A DNA stretch of 64,000 bases from contig CAZEDM010000005.1 in assembly GCA_964511075.1 (NCBI GenBank), positions 135,427 to 199,426 on the forward strand. The letters are read 5' to 3'. This DNA is from an uncultured Ignavibacteria bacterium (GTDB taxonomy: Bacteria; Zixibacteria; MSB-5A5; RBG-16-43-9). Of the stretch, positions 11,362 through 21,303 are shown one piece after another. The notes beneath the pieces were generated by a model. That model was not told the origin of the DNA. It searched no databases and saw nothing but the letters and a program-made list of their open reading frames with translations. Positions within the stretch are counted from its first letter, which is position 1. Every line of letters begins with the position of its first letter. The translations under genes and the position numbers were made by a program.

Positions 11362-12575
11362 GATATTTTCAGATCCTGAAGGTTGCCTATAGGGCCCTAA
11401 GCAGGAATAAGATGCGCTCCAGCCTGACCATGCTGGGGATAATAATCGGCGTGGGAGCGGTAATCGCTATGGTGGGAATAGGGCAAGGTGCAAAAAAGAT
11501 GGTCGATACCCAGATCGCCTCCTTGGGGGACAATCTCTTGACCATATTCCCGGGAAGTTTTATGGGTGGAGGTGTTAGAGCAGGCGCTGGAACTATGACC
11601 ACTTTGACCGAGGAAGATGCTGTGGCCATTAAGGAGAACTGTCCTGCAGTTTCAAGGGTTTCACCTGTGGTTCGAACTAATGCCCAGGTTGTGGCGGGAA
11701 ATCTTAACTGGGGAACCAGGATCGAAGGGTACTCCCCGGATTTCATTCACATTCGCTCCTGGCCCTTAGCCTCTGGAACTTTTTTCACTGACCAGGATGT
11801 AAAAGGCGCTACTAAGGTATGCGTGTTAGGAAAGACTGTGGTGGATAACCTTTTCCCGGGCCAGAACCCCGTTGGGGAAATAATAAGAATCAATAAACTC
11901 CCCTTCAGGGTCATTGGGACTTTAACTCCAAAGGGACAGAATGCCTTTGGTCATGACCAGGATGATTTAATAATAGTGCCCTATACCACTGCCCAGAAGA
12001 AAATCATGGGAATAACTTATATCAATTCTATCATTGCCTCAGCCACGGACCGAAATCTGATAGACTTGGCTGAGGAACAGATAACCCAGCTTCTCCGTCA
12101 GAGACACAAGATCATACCAGGAGAGGATGACGACTTCAGGGTCAGGAGCCAGCTGGATATAGCCAGCGTGGCTGGCTCAACCTCTGGTGTGATGACTATT
12201 CTCTTGGGAGCTATAGCCTCGGTCTCCCTGATAGTGGGAGGCATAGGGATAATGAACATTATGCTGGTCTCGGTGACCGAAAGGACCAGAGAGATAGGTA
12301 TAAGGATGGCAGTGGGAGCCAAGGCTAAGGATATACTGACCCAGTTTTTGATAGAGTCTATGGTTCTAAGCCTGTTCGGAGGTATAATTGGTATTATTAT
12401 AGGGGTATTAAGCTCTCAATTAATTTCGGCTCTCCTGCACTGGCCCATTTTCACCTCAGTCCCGGCAGTAGCCTTATCCTTCTTCTTTGCCGGTTTCGTG
12501 GGAGTTTTCTTCGGCTTCTACCCCGCCAGAAAAGCCTCCAATTTAGACCCCATAGAGGCTTTAAGGTACGAATAA
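11358..12575 (+). CDS. ABC transporter permease (FtsX/MacB-type, 4 TM plus periplasmic domain)
   Basis: MacB-like topology with an N-terminal TM, a large periplasmic domain and a C-terminal FtsX TM bundle. Overlaps the ATPase gene by 4 nt. Confidence 0.85.
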   Translation: MRYFQILKVAYRALSRNKMRSSLTMLGIIIGVGAVIAMVGIGQGAKKMVDTQIASLGDNLLTIFPGSFMGGGVRAGAGTMTTLTEEDAVAIKENCPAVSRVSPVVRTNAQVVAGNLNWGTRIEGYSPDFIHIRSWPLASGTFFTDQDVKGATKVCVLGKTVVDNLFPGQNPVGEIIRINKLPFRVIGTLTPKGQNAFGHDQDDLIIVPYTTAQKKIMGITYINSIIASATDRNLIDLAEEQITQLLRQRHKIIPGEDDDFRVRSQLDIASVAGSTSGVMTILLGAIASVSLIVGGIGIMNIMLVSVTERTREIGIRMAVGAKAKDILTQFLIESMVLSLFGGIIGIIIGVLSSQLISALLHWPIFTSVPAVALSFFFAGFVGVFFGFYPARKASNLDPIEALRYE

Positions 12576-12590
12576 TTTTGTAGGTGCATT

Positions 12591-12715
12591 TGTAGGGACA
12601 GAACACCGTTCTGTCCTTTACTTTTAGATATGTAGGTCAACCATGTCCGCCAGAGGCGGAACTGGTTGACATCTTTTTTTGAATTGTCAAGCAGGCTACA
12701 CCATACTTGACCTAC
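12591..12715. repeat. REP cluster: GTAGGGACAGAACACCGTTCTGTCC hairpin plus a family-B element enclosing a GTCCGCCAGAGGCGGAC hairpin
   Basis: The same GTAGGGACAGAACACYGTTCTGTCC sequence recurs at 21185-21211. The GTCCGCCAGAGGCGGAC hairpin recurs at 30090-30110 and 36060-36076. Confidence 0.65.
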
Positions 12716-13215
12716 AAATTGCGGTCATCGTAAATTTTTTGCAGCAGATGAACATCCAGAAGTTTCCCGAATTTCCGCCCGACTTCCCTCATAATTCCTA
12801 TATGCTCAAAACCCATCGACTTGTGAAGATGAATACTTGCCTCCCCACCCTCAGTCACCCTGGCTATTACCGTGTGCAGACCTGCTTTTTGACCTTTTTG
12901 CAAGACTTTTTCCAAAAGCTTCTTCCCGATTCCCTTGCCCTGGAATTCCTCCTTAACATAGAGTGAAATCTCAGCAGTATCAGAATAGGCACATCTGTCA
13001 GACCACTGGCTTAAAGAGGCCCAACCAATTACAAGACCCTTCTCCTCTGCAACTAATATGGGATATTTTGTGCCGTGATTTGAAAACCACACCTTTTGTT
13101 CCCTGAGAGTCTTGGGCTGGGTGTCGAAGGTGGCAGTCGTTTTGACAATAGCCTCGTTGTATATCTCAGTAATTCGACCCAGATCCTTTAACTTTGCCTT
13201 CCTGATTTTCAGCAT
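12712..13215 (-). CDS. GNAT family N-acetyltransferase (phosphinothricin acetyltransferase-like)
   Basis: IRKAKLKDLGRITEIYNEAI..ATFDT N-terminus and the acetyl-CoA motif QGKGIGKKLLE. Confidence 0.75.
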   Translation of the reverse strand: MLKIRKAKLKDLGRITEIYNEAIVKTTATFDTQPKTLREQKVWFSNHGTKYPILVAEEKGLVIGWASLSQWSDRCAYSDTAEISLYVKEEFQGKGIGKKLLEKVLQKGQKAGLHTVIARVTEGGEASIHLHKSMGFEHIGIMREVGRKFGKLLDVHLLQKIYDDRNL

Positions 13216-13391
13216 ATTTACTCTTTCGATGATCTTAGTCCTCCAAAAAACCGGAATTGGTTGATAATCCCTTCTGCTTTGTCAAACAAGCTACGCCATG
13301 CTTGACTTACAAGTTTGCTTTACTTTCCAAACGCCAAACTCACAAACTCCAAACTGCTCTCAGCCCCGCCTGTGGTGGGATTTCGCTCCGC

Positions 13392-14660
13392 TCAACACCC
13401 CGGTTTTGGTCCGCCTTTGAAAAGATAATTAATCAAATAGACCACGTCACTTACGCCAACATTACCATCACAATTAGCATCCGCAGATGCTGTGAATTTG
13501 GGTAAAAATCCTCCTGTGAAAAGATAATTAATCAGATAAATCACATCTGAAACGCTTAGCACTCCGTCTCCATTACAATCCCCTTCGATCCAGGGAGGAT
13601 ATAAAGCCAGAGAAATGGGTCCGTTCCCTACCAGGTATCTTTGGATAAGAGTCCCGGATGAATCCAGTAGAGTAACATCATCGCTCTGGTAGTTGCAGCT
13701 TAGAACTTTCGAATGAAAAAGAACAGTCACCGCTATCACTCCGGAATCAGTGGTTATGGGATTTTCTTGTCCGTAAATCATAGTGTCCGCGATGCTGTTA
13801 AAAGAATATATCAAACCCGGGTCAGGTGTCCATCCCACTGCAGTCAGATATCCTATCCCATCTGCACTGATGGAGATTACCCCCGGGGTTCCTCCTGTAA
13901 CTATGCTGTCAATTACCGTATTGGTTCTTGTATTTATTCTATAAACCTTTCCGGTAACAGACCCGTAATCACCGGTGCAGACCACATTCAACTCACCCTC
14001 AGGGTCTAAATCCAGATATTGAGGATTTAGCCCTACCAATATGCTATCCACAACTGTCTCTGTCTCTAAATCGAATACATACACCCTTCCCGGAATATAG
14101 CTTAAGGCTTTAAAGTTTTCTGTCCTCTGCACGGAATCGAAAATAAATTCCTGTCTATAAAACCCGCCTGTTTTGGGCCAGGAAAAACCAGAACAGCAGA
14201 TATAAAGCTTGTTCCCCACAGCAAGAATTCCCTCTGGAGCTCTTCCTACTCCATACTCCCCTGTCACAGTTTGATTTTTAATATCGAATTTGGAGATGGT
14301 GTTAGTTGCCCAGTTGGTAACGTAAGCGAATTGGGAATCCGCAAAAGCCATATGATAAGGACTTCTTGGCTCCCCGATATTTATATACCCGGCTGTGGAT
14401 TCTGTTTTAAGATTTATGATCTGGATATCGTGGTCTAATGAGTTGACCACATAGGCGTAATCTCCCTTTATGACAATCTGGTTGGGAGATACCCCTAAGT
14501 TCAGGAAATTGTTGACCACCTCGCCGGTGGTTAGATTGATTTTAGATAAGGTTTCATCCCCGGGATAACTGTTGACCACATAAGCTATATTATCTGCCCG
14601 GGCAGTGGAGAAAACCAAAGTTGAACCTAAAACAAGAGCTAAACAAAGATTTTTTAACAT
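13392..14660 (-). CDS. secreted YVTN-type beta-propeller protein with a C-terminal dockerin-like module
   Basis: Signal peptide, repeated YAYVVNS / YVTNW beta-propeller blades, and a C-terminus DCNGDGVLSVSDVIYLINYLFTGG ... DANCDGNVGVSDVVYLINYLFKGGPKPGC matching the duplicated dockerin calcium-binding loop pattern. Confidence 0.65.
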   Translation of the reverse strand: MLKNLCLALVLGSTLVFSTARADNIAYVVNSYPGDETLSKINLTTGEVVNNFLNLGVSPNQIVIKGDYAYVVNSLDHDIQIINLKTESTAGYINIGEPRSPYHMAFADSQFAYVTNWATNTISKFDIKNQTVTGEYGVGRAPEGILAVGNKLYICCSGFSWPKTGGFYRQEFIFDSVQRTENFKALSYIPGRVYVFDLETETVVDSILVGLNPQYLDLDPEGELNVVCTGDYGSVTGKVYRINTRTNTVIDSIVTGGTPGVISISADGIGYLTAVGWTPDPGLIYSFNSIADTMIYGQENPITTDSGVIAVTVLFHSKVLSCNYQSDDVTLLDSSGTLIQRYLVGNGPISLALYPPWIEGDCNGDGVLSVSDVIYLINYLFTGGFLPKFTASADANCDGNVGVSDVVYLINYLFKGGPKPGC

Positions 14661-14714
14661 AATACTACCTCCTTTAAACTTAGTTTACTGAATTCTCACT
14701 CATAAACTAAAAAA

Positions 14715-16961
14715 TCAATTCCGGTTTAATCCCCAGCTCAGGGATAAACTTATTCCCCATTCTCTTCCGGGCATAGGATGGCGGTAGATAAGTTTGTATT
14801 CCTCATCCGTAAGATTATTCCATTCTAATTTGAGTTTTGTCTCCGTATTTTTGAATTTCTTCTTCAGTCCTATCATCAGGTCCTCTAAGTGATAAGGCTC
14901 CTCTTTTTTGGTGTTAGCCGGTCCGGTAAAGCGCTCTGAAACCCAGCGAATTTTATACAGAGCCTCAAACAGCTTGTACTCGAACCTGAAGCTTAAATTG
15001 GTTAGATACCGGGGTCTGAAAGGAATGAACTTGCCATCTTCCAGCCTGTCCCCGCTTCTGTTCTTGGCAATGGAGACCGTATTGTTGTAGATAACCTCAA
15101 AATACTCTTTCGGGCTTTTCCAGGTTATAAAATCCTCATGCCCGTAGATCTCCGCCTTTGATACATTGACCGGATAGTATCTGCCGTCGAAACTTCTCTG
15201 CCATTCGATAAGATCTGTTATCAGGCTGTGGAAAAAAGTCATCCCTGCGGAAAGCTCTCCCAACCAGGGAAGATGGAATTCGCCTCCTGCTTCTGAATCC
15301 TCTGATTTCTCCGGCAGAAGATTGGGATTACCCTGAGCGAAAACGTCCCCTTTCCAGAACAAGGCATTATTGGAGGGCTGGCGATAGGATTTCCCGTAAC
15401 TTGCTCTTAAGGCTAAGCGGTATCTTTCGCCTTTCGAGAGCACCAGGCCCATCTGCGGGGAAAGGAAATCCCTTAGAGATTTTGAATCGTCCCATCTTAA
15501 GGCAAAATTCAAAGTCAGGTTCTTGAAGAACAACTCCTTAGGCAGAGTAAACTCCTGCTGGTCCGAGAAGAAAAGACTGAAGGTCGACCTTTCTATCCTG
15601 CCCAGGCTATTCTCCGGGATAAGAAAATCCTTGTGATTTAGAACGTCTTCCTGAAACTGGGTTCCGGCTTTGAGCCTGTTAGCTTGAAGAGGCTGTATAT
15701 GCGCAAGCAGTGAGAAATCTATTATATCATCCACATATCTGGAATCGAAAACTGAGATAGTATCGTTCTGAAAATGCTGTTCGAAGCGGGAATACCCTGA
15801 ACTGCCCTCCAGAAAAAAGCTGGGAGAGAATCGTCTGGTCAGTTTCAGGCTCAAAAGCCTGCGCTCATCCTCTGCCCGGGCATTTTGATATGCCACCATC
15901 CAGCCATAGCTTCCCGGAATCCCCTTCTTTGCCTGATAGGCCTGTCCGGAAAAACTCAGCTCGGTTTTCGGATCGAAGAGGTAATTTCCGGAAAAGAATA
16001 TATTGGTAGCTTTGTGATAAGCGTTTTTTCTGGTAGTGGTGCTGTCTCCGTTTTTGCCCTGCTGGTTCAAAAGCTCCCGCTTCTCCGGGTCATCATAAGC
16101 CCATATATTGAAATCGTTTTTGGAATATTCATAGGTATAGGTGAGCTTCAGGAAGAACTTTCCAAAAAAAAGATTCGAAAAAGAGGAATTGAAAATCTCG
16201 GTATCCCAGCTCCCCCAATGATTTTCCAGGCTTAGCCGGCAGGGCTCCTCTCTTTGAGGGAGCGTGATTATATTGATTATCCCCCCTAAGGCATCCGCAC
16301 CGAAGAGGGCAGACTGCCCTCCCTTGAAAACCTCGATCCTCTCCACCATTTCCAGAGGGATGGTGTTAAGGTCGGCTATTCCGTTTCCGGAAGGATTCAG
16401 CTTCTGCCCGTCCAGGAGGACCAGGACATGCTCGGGGGAGCTTCCCCTTATGCTAACCTGATGAGTCCCTCCCACTGTCCCGCTTTTCTGCAGGTAAACG
16501 CCGTTTGTCGACTCGATGACCTCGGAAAGATTTCGAGCCTGCAGTCTTTCAATTCGTCTCCTGTCTATGGTCTCAAGGCTGGCACTGTTGAGAGGTGGTT
16601 TTTCGCCTGAGATCTCAATTCCCTGCAGGAAATATAGCTTCTTTTCTAAGCTGACCCCCAGCTCAGCGGTCACATCCTCATATACCTTTACCTCATAGAT
16701 CTTCTTGTTTTCATACCCCTGGGCTGAAGCCTCCAGAGTATATGTGCCAACCGGGATATTCTCCAGATAGAAATAACCCCTGCTGTCAGTTTTGCATTCG
16801 TAATTGGTATTCAGAATCCTGATGGTGGCTTTGGGAACAGGTTGAAGGTCCTGTTTATCACAAACCCTGCCTTCAATTTTTATGGTGGATTGGGCAAATC
16901 CAGAATAGAAAAAAAAGAGGCTGAAGAATACGGCAAGGGCAGGAAGAAAAATTTTTTTCAT
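14715..16961 (-). CDS. TonB-dependent outer-membrane receptor with an N-terminal carboxypeptidase-regulatory-like domain; likely cobalamin/corrinoid uptake given the upstream riboswitch
   Basis: Signal peptide, CarbopepD_reg-like IEGRVCD..GTYTLEASAQGYE, a plug domain, a C-terminal beta-barrel ending in an aromatic residue, and a cobalamin riboswitch immediately upstream. Confidence 0.8.
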   Translation of the reverse strand: MKKIFLPALAVFFSLFFFYSGFAQSTIKIEGRVCDKQDLQPVPKATIRILNTNYECKTDSRGYFYLENIPVGTYTLEASAQGYENKKIYEVKVYEDVTAELGVSLEKKLYFLQGIEISGEKPPLNSASLETIDRRRIERLQARNLSEVIESTNGVYLQKSGTVGGTHQVSIRGSSPEHVLVLLDGQKLNPSGNGIADLNTIPLEMVERIEVFKGGQSALFGADALGGIINIITLPQREEPCRLSLENHWGSWDTEIFNSSFSNLFFGKFFLKLTYTYEYSKNDFNIWAYDDPEKRELLNQQGKNGDSTTTRKNAYHKATNIFFSGNYLFDPKTELSFSGQAYQAKKGIPGSYGWMVAYQNARAEDERRLLSLKLTRRFSPSFFLEGSSGYSRFEQHFQNDTISVFDSRYVDDIIDFSLLAHIQPLQANRLKAGTQFQEDVLNHKDFLIPENSLGRIERSTFSLFFSDQQEFTLPKELFFKNLTLNFALRWDDSKSLRDFLSPQMGLVLSKGERYRLALRASYGKSYRQPSNNALFWKGDVFAQGNPNLLPEKSEDSEAGGEFHLPWLGELSAGMTFFHSLITDLIEWQRSFDGRYYPVNVSKAEIYGHEDFITWKSPKEYFEVIYNNTVSIAKNRSGDRLEDGKFIPFRPRYLTNLSFRFEYKLFEALYKIRWVSERFTGPANTKKEEPYHLEDLMIGLKKKFKNTETKLKLEWNNLTDEEYKLIYRHPMPGREWGISLSLSWGLNRN

Positions 16962-17021
16962 CTTTTGTTTTCTCGATCTTCCTGCCGGGCAGAGGAAAAA
17001 CTGGAGGTGACTACTTGAGCG

Positions 17022-17265
17022 GCAACAAAAAACCAGCTCGCATAAGGGTAGCTGGCTTAAAAATTTCCCAACCTTTTCCCTACCCGCGCAAGGAAATATT
17101 TACGGTTAAAACAATCTGGCAGGTTTCCTGACTCTGTGGCTTCAGGCCTACCGGCTTTACCTTCCCATCTAAATGACAGTGGTATAGTCAAAGCTTTCGT
17201 AGCCACTTACAGTAGCGGGGCTGTAGCGGAATCTCACCGCCTTCCCGTTCACCAGATTGTAAATC
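17022..17265 (-). promoter_or_regulatory. cobalamin (AdoCbl) riboswitch with terminator hairpin, in the leader of the TonB-dependent receptor gene
   Basis: Minus strand reads GGTGAACGGGAAGGCGGTGAGATTCCGCTACAGCCCCGCTACTGTAAG (conserved GGTG..AGGGAA..GGTGA.ATTCC..GC.CCCGCTACTGTAA core). The B12 box AGTCAGGAAACCTGCC is at 17119-17134 (minus). Hairpin CCAGCTACCCTTATGCGAGCTGG plus TTTTTT at about 17022-17055. Confidence 0.8.
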
Positions 17266-17456
17266 AGATATCAAAGATCAAAATCAAAAAATATTATATC
17301 TTACCTTTTATGTTATGTCAAGCAAATTCTCATTATTTTCGGTAAGCGTCTTTTTTTATCCGGGTTAAGGTCTTATAAATCATAGAACTTCACCCAAAAA
17401 AATATTTTAAAATTAGTCTTTATCTGCTTATATTAAATCTGGTAGATTTTATTGAT

Positions 17457-18431
17457 ATGGTTAGAAGACCCTTTAAAATTTTCAAAGATAAGAATGCCTC
17501 CCTGAGATATCTTAAGGGGAAGACCATCTCCCTCCTGGGATATGGAAACCAGGGAAAGGCTCAGGCTCTGAATTTAAAGGATTCAGGTCTGAAAGTAATA
17601 ATCGGGCTTCCCGGAAATAACAAGGATAGAAAGGTCGCGCTGAAGGATGGTTTTAAAGTCTATACCCCGGAAAAGGCAGTTAAGATCGGAGATATAATCT
17701 CTGTCTTAGCACCCGACCATAAGCATAAGGAACTCTATGAGAAAAGCATCCGTAAAAATCTTGCCCCGGGAAAGACACTGGTCTTTGCCCATGCCTACAG
17801 CATTTACTTTAAGCTGATAGAACCTCCTGATTTTATTGATATAATCTTGGTTGCCCCGCACGGGCCAGGCGAGCTTTTGCGAAAGCTCTATTTAGAGAAA
17901 AAGGGAATAACCTCATTTGTCGCCGTGCAGAAGGACTATTCAAAAAAAGGCTTGAACAAAGCCTTAGCCTATGCTAAGGGGATTGGCTCAACCAGGGCAG
18001 GGGCGATATTGACAACCTTCAAGGATGAGGCAATCGGGGATTTATTCGGGGAGCAGGCTGTCTTATGCGGTGGCCTGTCCGGGCTTTTGAGAGCAGGATT
18101 TGAGACCCTGGTTAAATCAGGCTTGTCCCCGGAAAATGCCTATTTCGAGTGCGTTCACCAGATAGACCTGATAGTTGAGCTGATTAAAAAATACGGAATA
18201 GCCGGCATGTTTGAAAAAATCAGCCAGACCGCGGAGTTTGGTTCCTATATCTCCGGGAAAAAGGTGATAAGCAAAAAGGAAATGGGCAAAATCTTATCAG
18301 AGATAAAAAAGGGGGATTTTGTCAGAAGATGGGCGAATGAATATAAAAGCGGAATGAAAAATTATAAAAAGATGAAAAGGGACTGGAAAAATCATCTGTT
18401 GCAAAAAACCTGGGAAAAATTGAATAGGTAG
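17457..18431 (+). CDS. ilvC: ketol-acid reductoisomerase
   Basis: LLGYGNQGKAQALNLKDSGLKV Rossmann motif and a class I KARI length of about 324 aa. Confidence 0.9.
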   Translation: MVRRPFKIFKDKNASLRYLKGKTISLLGYGNQGKAQALNLKDSGLKVIIGLPGNNKDRKVALKDGFKVYTPEKAVKIGDIISVLAPDHKHKELYEKSIRKNLAPGKTLVFAHAYSIYFKLIEPPDFIDIILVAPHGPGELLRKLYLEKKGITSFVAVQKDYSKKGLNKALAYAKGIGSTRAGAILTTFKDEAIGDLFGEQAVLCGGLSGLLRAGFETLVKSGLSPENAYFECVHQIDLIVELIKKYGIAGMFEKISQTAEFGSYISGKKVISKKEMGKILSEIKKGDFVRRWANEYKSGMKNYKKMKRDWKNHLLQKTWEKLNR

Positions 18432-18561
18432 GGACAATTCACGAATTGCCTCTGCAGATTACACCAGATTAGTAGCCCTACCTTGCCTCAAGGTGGGGAA
18501 ATTGACCAGAATAAAAACAAAAAATCTTGCTTTTTAACAAAAATAATTTAAGTTCTTTGGA

Positions 18562-19044
18562 ATGAAAGCACCTGAGGATAAAATCGTCTATCGTTATTTC
18601 GGGATTGAGTTCAGGATAATCTTCTATCTGGCTGCGCTGTTTTTCCTTTTGCTATCCATAGTCATTATTAAATCGTTTTCAGCTTTGAGCCTTATCTCGT
18701 TTTTAGTCTTTCTGCTCATCACTCTCCTGACCTATTTTGATTCAACCCGCCATTTATTAACTATGGAGGAGAATGAACTGGGTCTGAAGAGGTTTTTCTC
18801 CAGAGGTAGTCTGAAAGAAATCCGTATAAACTGGGACAGGATCAATAACATAACCACCCGGGAATACGGGATTTTTAAGCTTCTGAAAACCACCCAGATA
18901 AATTCACCCGTAAAGGAAAAGATCAGAGTCTTCTCCTTTATGGAGGACTATTATCATTTTCTAAAGGATTTATGTGAAAGGTCTAAAAATGCCAAAATCG
19001 ATAAGTTCACCCAGGACCTGCTCACCGGGCAGGCCGATTTTTAA
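18562..19044 (+). CDS. hypothetical membrane protein (possible bacterial PH-domain membrane protein)
   Basis: Two N-terminal TM helices followed by a soluble roughly 90-aa domain. Weak family assignment. Confidence 0.4.
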   Translation: MKAPEDKIVYRYFGIEFRIIFYLAALFFLLLSIVIIKSFSALSLISFLVFLLITLLTYFDSTRHLLTMEENELGLKRFFSRGSLKEIRINWDRINNITTREYGIFKLLKTTQINSPVKEKIRVFSFMEDYYHFLKDLCERSKNAKIDKFTQDLLTGQADF

Positions 19045-20074
19045 GTTACTCGTAGAGATTTTGCTCTGTTTGGTATTCGCTTCTTCTCTTTATCCTCAGC
19101 CTGCATTTGCCTCGGAAACTGATCTGGATTCCATCATCTTCAGGGGAACAGATCTTATTCACCAGGATAAATTTGAGGAGGGTATTTCTGAGTTCAAAAA
19201 GATTGTGGAGAAATACCCGGACGACCCGGCAGGCTATTTCTTCATCGCCGCATCTTTACAGACCCTGATAGACGACTATAGAAACGAGAAATACAAAGAG
19301 GATTTTGAAAAAAATATCGACCTGGCAATAGAGAAAGGTTACGAAAAAGTAGAGAAAAATCCCGATTCGGCCATAGACCATTTTTACTTGGGTGGCTCCC
19401 TGGGTTACCGGGGCATCTATCGCTCTTTCAGGGGAAGCTGGTGGGGTGCATTTCGGGATGGAGGGAAAGCCAACTCTCATCTGAAACAAGCCGTGGAGCT
19501 GGATTCTAATCTTTACGACGCCTATTTCGGGCTGGGCGCCTACCACTACTGGAGGAGCGTGAAATCAAAGCTCTTCTGGTGGCTGCCCTTTTTCGGGGAT
19601 GAAAGGAAAAAGGGTATTCAGGAGACGATGATTGCTATCCAGAAAGGGAAGTACGCCAAAGATGAAGCTGCCTATTCCCTTTTGCGCATCTATCTGGAGG
19701 AAAAAGATTACCCCTCTGTCTTGAAATGGAGCCAGGAGGTTAAAAGAATCAATGAAAATGACCCCTTCAGATTATGGATGACCGGCTTTGCCTATATCGG
19801 ACTGGACGATTGGATGGAGGCTAAAGACATTTTCCTTGATTTATTGAAGGTTCTGAGAGCTTCGCCTTACTATGATCCGGCAGGCGAATACGAGTGCAGA
19901 TACTGGCTGGCGTATGTAAATTACAATTTGGGAGATTTGCAATCCGCTGAGGAAGAGTTAAGCCAGGCTTTGAAGCTGGAGCCGGAGACAAAGGGGAATA
20001 ATTATGCAGAACCTTTTATGGACAAAATTAAGGATCTTCAAAAAGAAATCTCCAGGAAAATAAAACCTAAATGA
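18974..20074 (+). CDS. secreted TPR-repeat protein (paralogue 1)
   Basis: Signal peptide and TPR-like repeats. Shares DPAGYFF.., SWWGAFR.., AVELDSN.YDAY.GLG.YHYW blocks with the next gene. Confidence 0.6.
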   Translation: MKGLKMPKSISSPRTCSPGRPIFKLLVEILLCLVFASSLYPQPAFASETDLDSIIFRGTDLIHQDKFEEGISEFKKIVEKYPDDPAGYFFIAASLQTLIDDYRNEKYKEDFEKNIDLAIEKGYEKVEKNPDSAIDHFYLGGSLGYRGIYRSFRGSWWGAFRDGGKANSHLKQAVELDSNLYDAYFGLGAYHYWRSVKSKLFWWLPFFGDERKKGIQETMIAIQKGKYAKDEAAYSLLRIYLEEKDYPSVLKWSQEVKRINENDPFRLWMTGFAYIGLDDWMEAKDIFLDLLKVLRASPYYDPAGEYECRYWLAYVNYNLGDLQSAEEELSQALKLEPETKGNNYAEPFMDKIKDLQKEISRKIKPK

Positions 20075-21111
20075 AACGCATCTTTTTTATTTTATTTATA
20101 ACAGGATATTTGATTTCTATTTTTTGCGCTTTTCCCCAAGCCGAGGACTATCCCCCTTATGCCACCCTGGCTTTAGAGGGTATAAACGCCACTTTAAATG
20201 AAAACTACTTTTTCGCCGAGGATAGATTCAAAAAGATCATAAGCTCAGATTCCCTTGACCCGGCCGGCTATTTTTTCCTGGGAGCACTGTACCAGGCTGA
20301 GATGATGGACTACGAGAGCGATTTCAAGGAGGAGGAATTTTATTCTGTTCTTGAAAAAGCCATCCGGTTGGCTCAGAAGAGGATCAGCTCTGGAAGCAGC
20401 ACTCTCCTCTGGGATTATCTCTACCTGGGAAACTCCTATGGATATTTGGGAGTGTATAAAGCCCGCCAGGGGAGCTGGTGGTCTGCTTTCAGAAACGCCA
20501 TGGAGGCAAAATCTGCCTTTAAAAAAGCAGTTGAGCTTGATTCGACCTTTTACGACGCCTATCTGGGCCTGGGCTCATACCATTACTGGACCAGCCACTT
20601 TACCAAGACCTTTGCCTGGCTTCCTTTTTTTGCAGATGAAAGGGAGAAAGGGAAGGAGGAATTGAAATTAGCCGCGGATAAAAGCCTTTTCTCAAAAGCG
20701 GCGGCCTGGAATGCCCTCATCTGGATCTACATCAAAGAAAAAGATTACTCCCGGGCTATAGAATTATCTAAGGGCTTGCAGGAAGAATATCCGGAGGGCA
20801 AGCTCTTCTTATGGGCTACAGCCACGGCCTATTATGAGAGATATGACTGGGAAAACGCCATAGAATACTATAAGCTGATAATCAAGAAATTAAAAAAAAA
20901 TCCGGAGGAGAACCACTATAATCTAATCGAATGCAAATACTACATTGCCCAATCCTATTTTAACTTTGGCGATTTCGCCCAGTGTATCCAAGCCTGCCAG
21001 GAAGCATTAAACTATAAGTTGGACTCGGAGACCAAAGAAAGACAGGAAGATAAGCTGGATAAGTTGGAAGAGCTTTTAGAAAAATCTTTGAAAATCACTG
21101 GGAAGAAATAG
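20071..21111 (+). CDS. secreted TPR-repeat protein (paralogue 2, tandem duplicate)
   Basis: The same conserved blocks as the preceding ORF. Start overlaps the upstream stop by 4 nt. Confidence 0.6.
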   Translation: MKRIFFILFITGYLISIFCAFPQAEDYPPYATLALEGINATLNENYFFAEDRFKKIISSDSLDPAGYFFLGALYQAEMMDYESDFKEEEFYSVLEKAIRLAQKRISSGSSTLLWDYLYLGNSYGYLGVYKARQGSWWSAFRNAMEAKSAFKKAVELDSTFYDAYLGLGSYHYWTSHFTKTFAWLPFFADEREKGKEELKLAADKSLFSKAAAWNALIWIYIKEKDYSRAIELSKGLQEEYPEGKLFLWATATAYYERYDWENAIEYYKLIIKKLKKNPEENHYNLIECKYYIAQSYFNFGDFAQCIQACQEALNYKLDSETKERQEDKLDKLEELLEKSLKITGKK

Positions 21112-21184
21112 CCCCGGCTTGCTGGAAGTGGAGGATACTCTTCGATGGAACAGGCATCTTGCCCGTTCTATAGTTCCTTTTCCT

Positions 21185-21285
21185 GTAGGGACAGAACACT
21201 GTTCTGTCCCTATTTTCAAATGTAGCAGAAACCCTTAGGTTCCCATCTTAGAGAAAATGGAAGGCTAAAGCCTTCCGCTACATTT
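21185..21285. repeat. REP pair: GTAGGGACAGAACACTGTTCTGTCCCT and GGAAGGCTAAAGCCTTCCGCTACAT hairpins
   Basis: First hairpin is nearly identical to 12602-12627. Second is the reverse complement of the 4498-4526 element. Confidence 0.65.
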
Positions 21286-21303
21286 TTACTATCTTTAAAA
21301 TTT

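Noticed and set aside
17136-17345. 69-aa plus-strand ORF
   Set aside because: It lies entirely over the minus-strand cobalamin riboswitch and has no RBS. Spurious.
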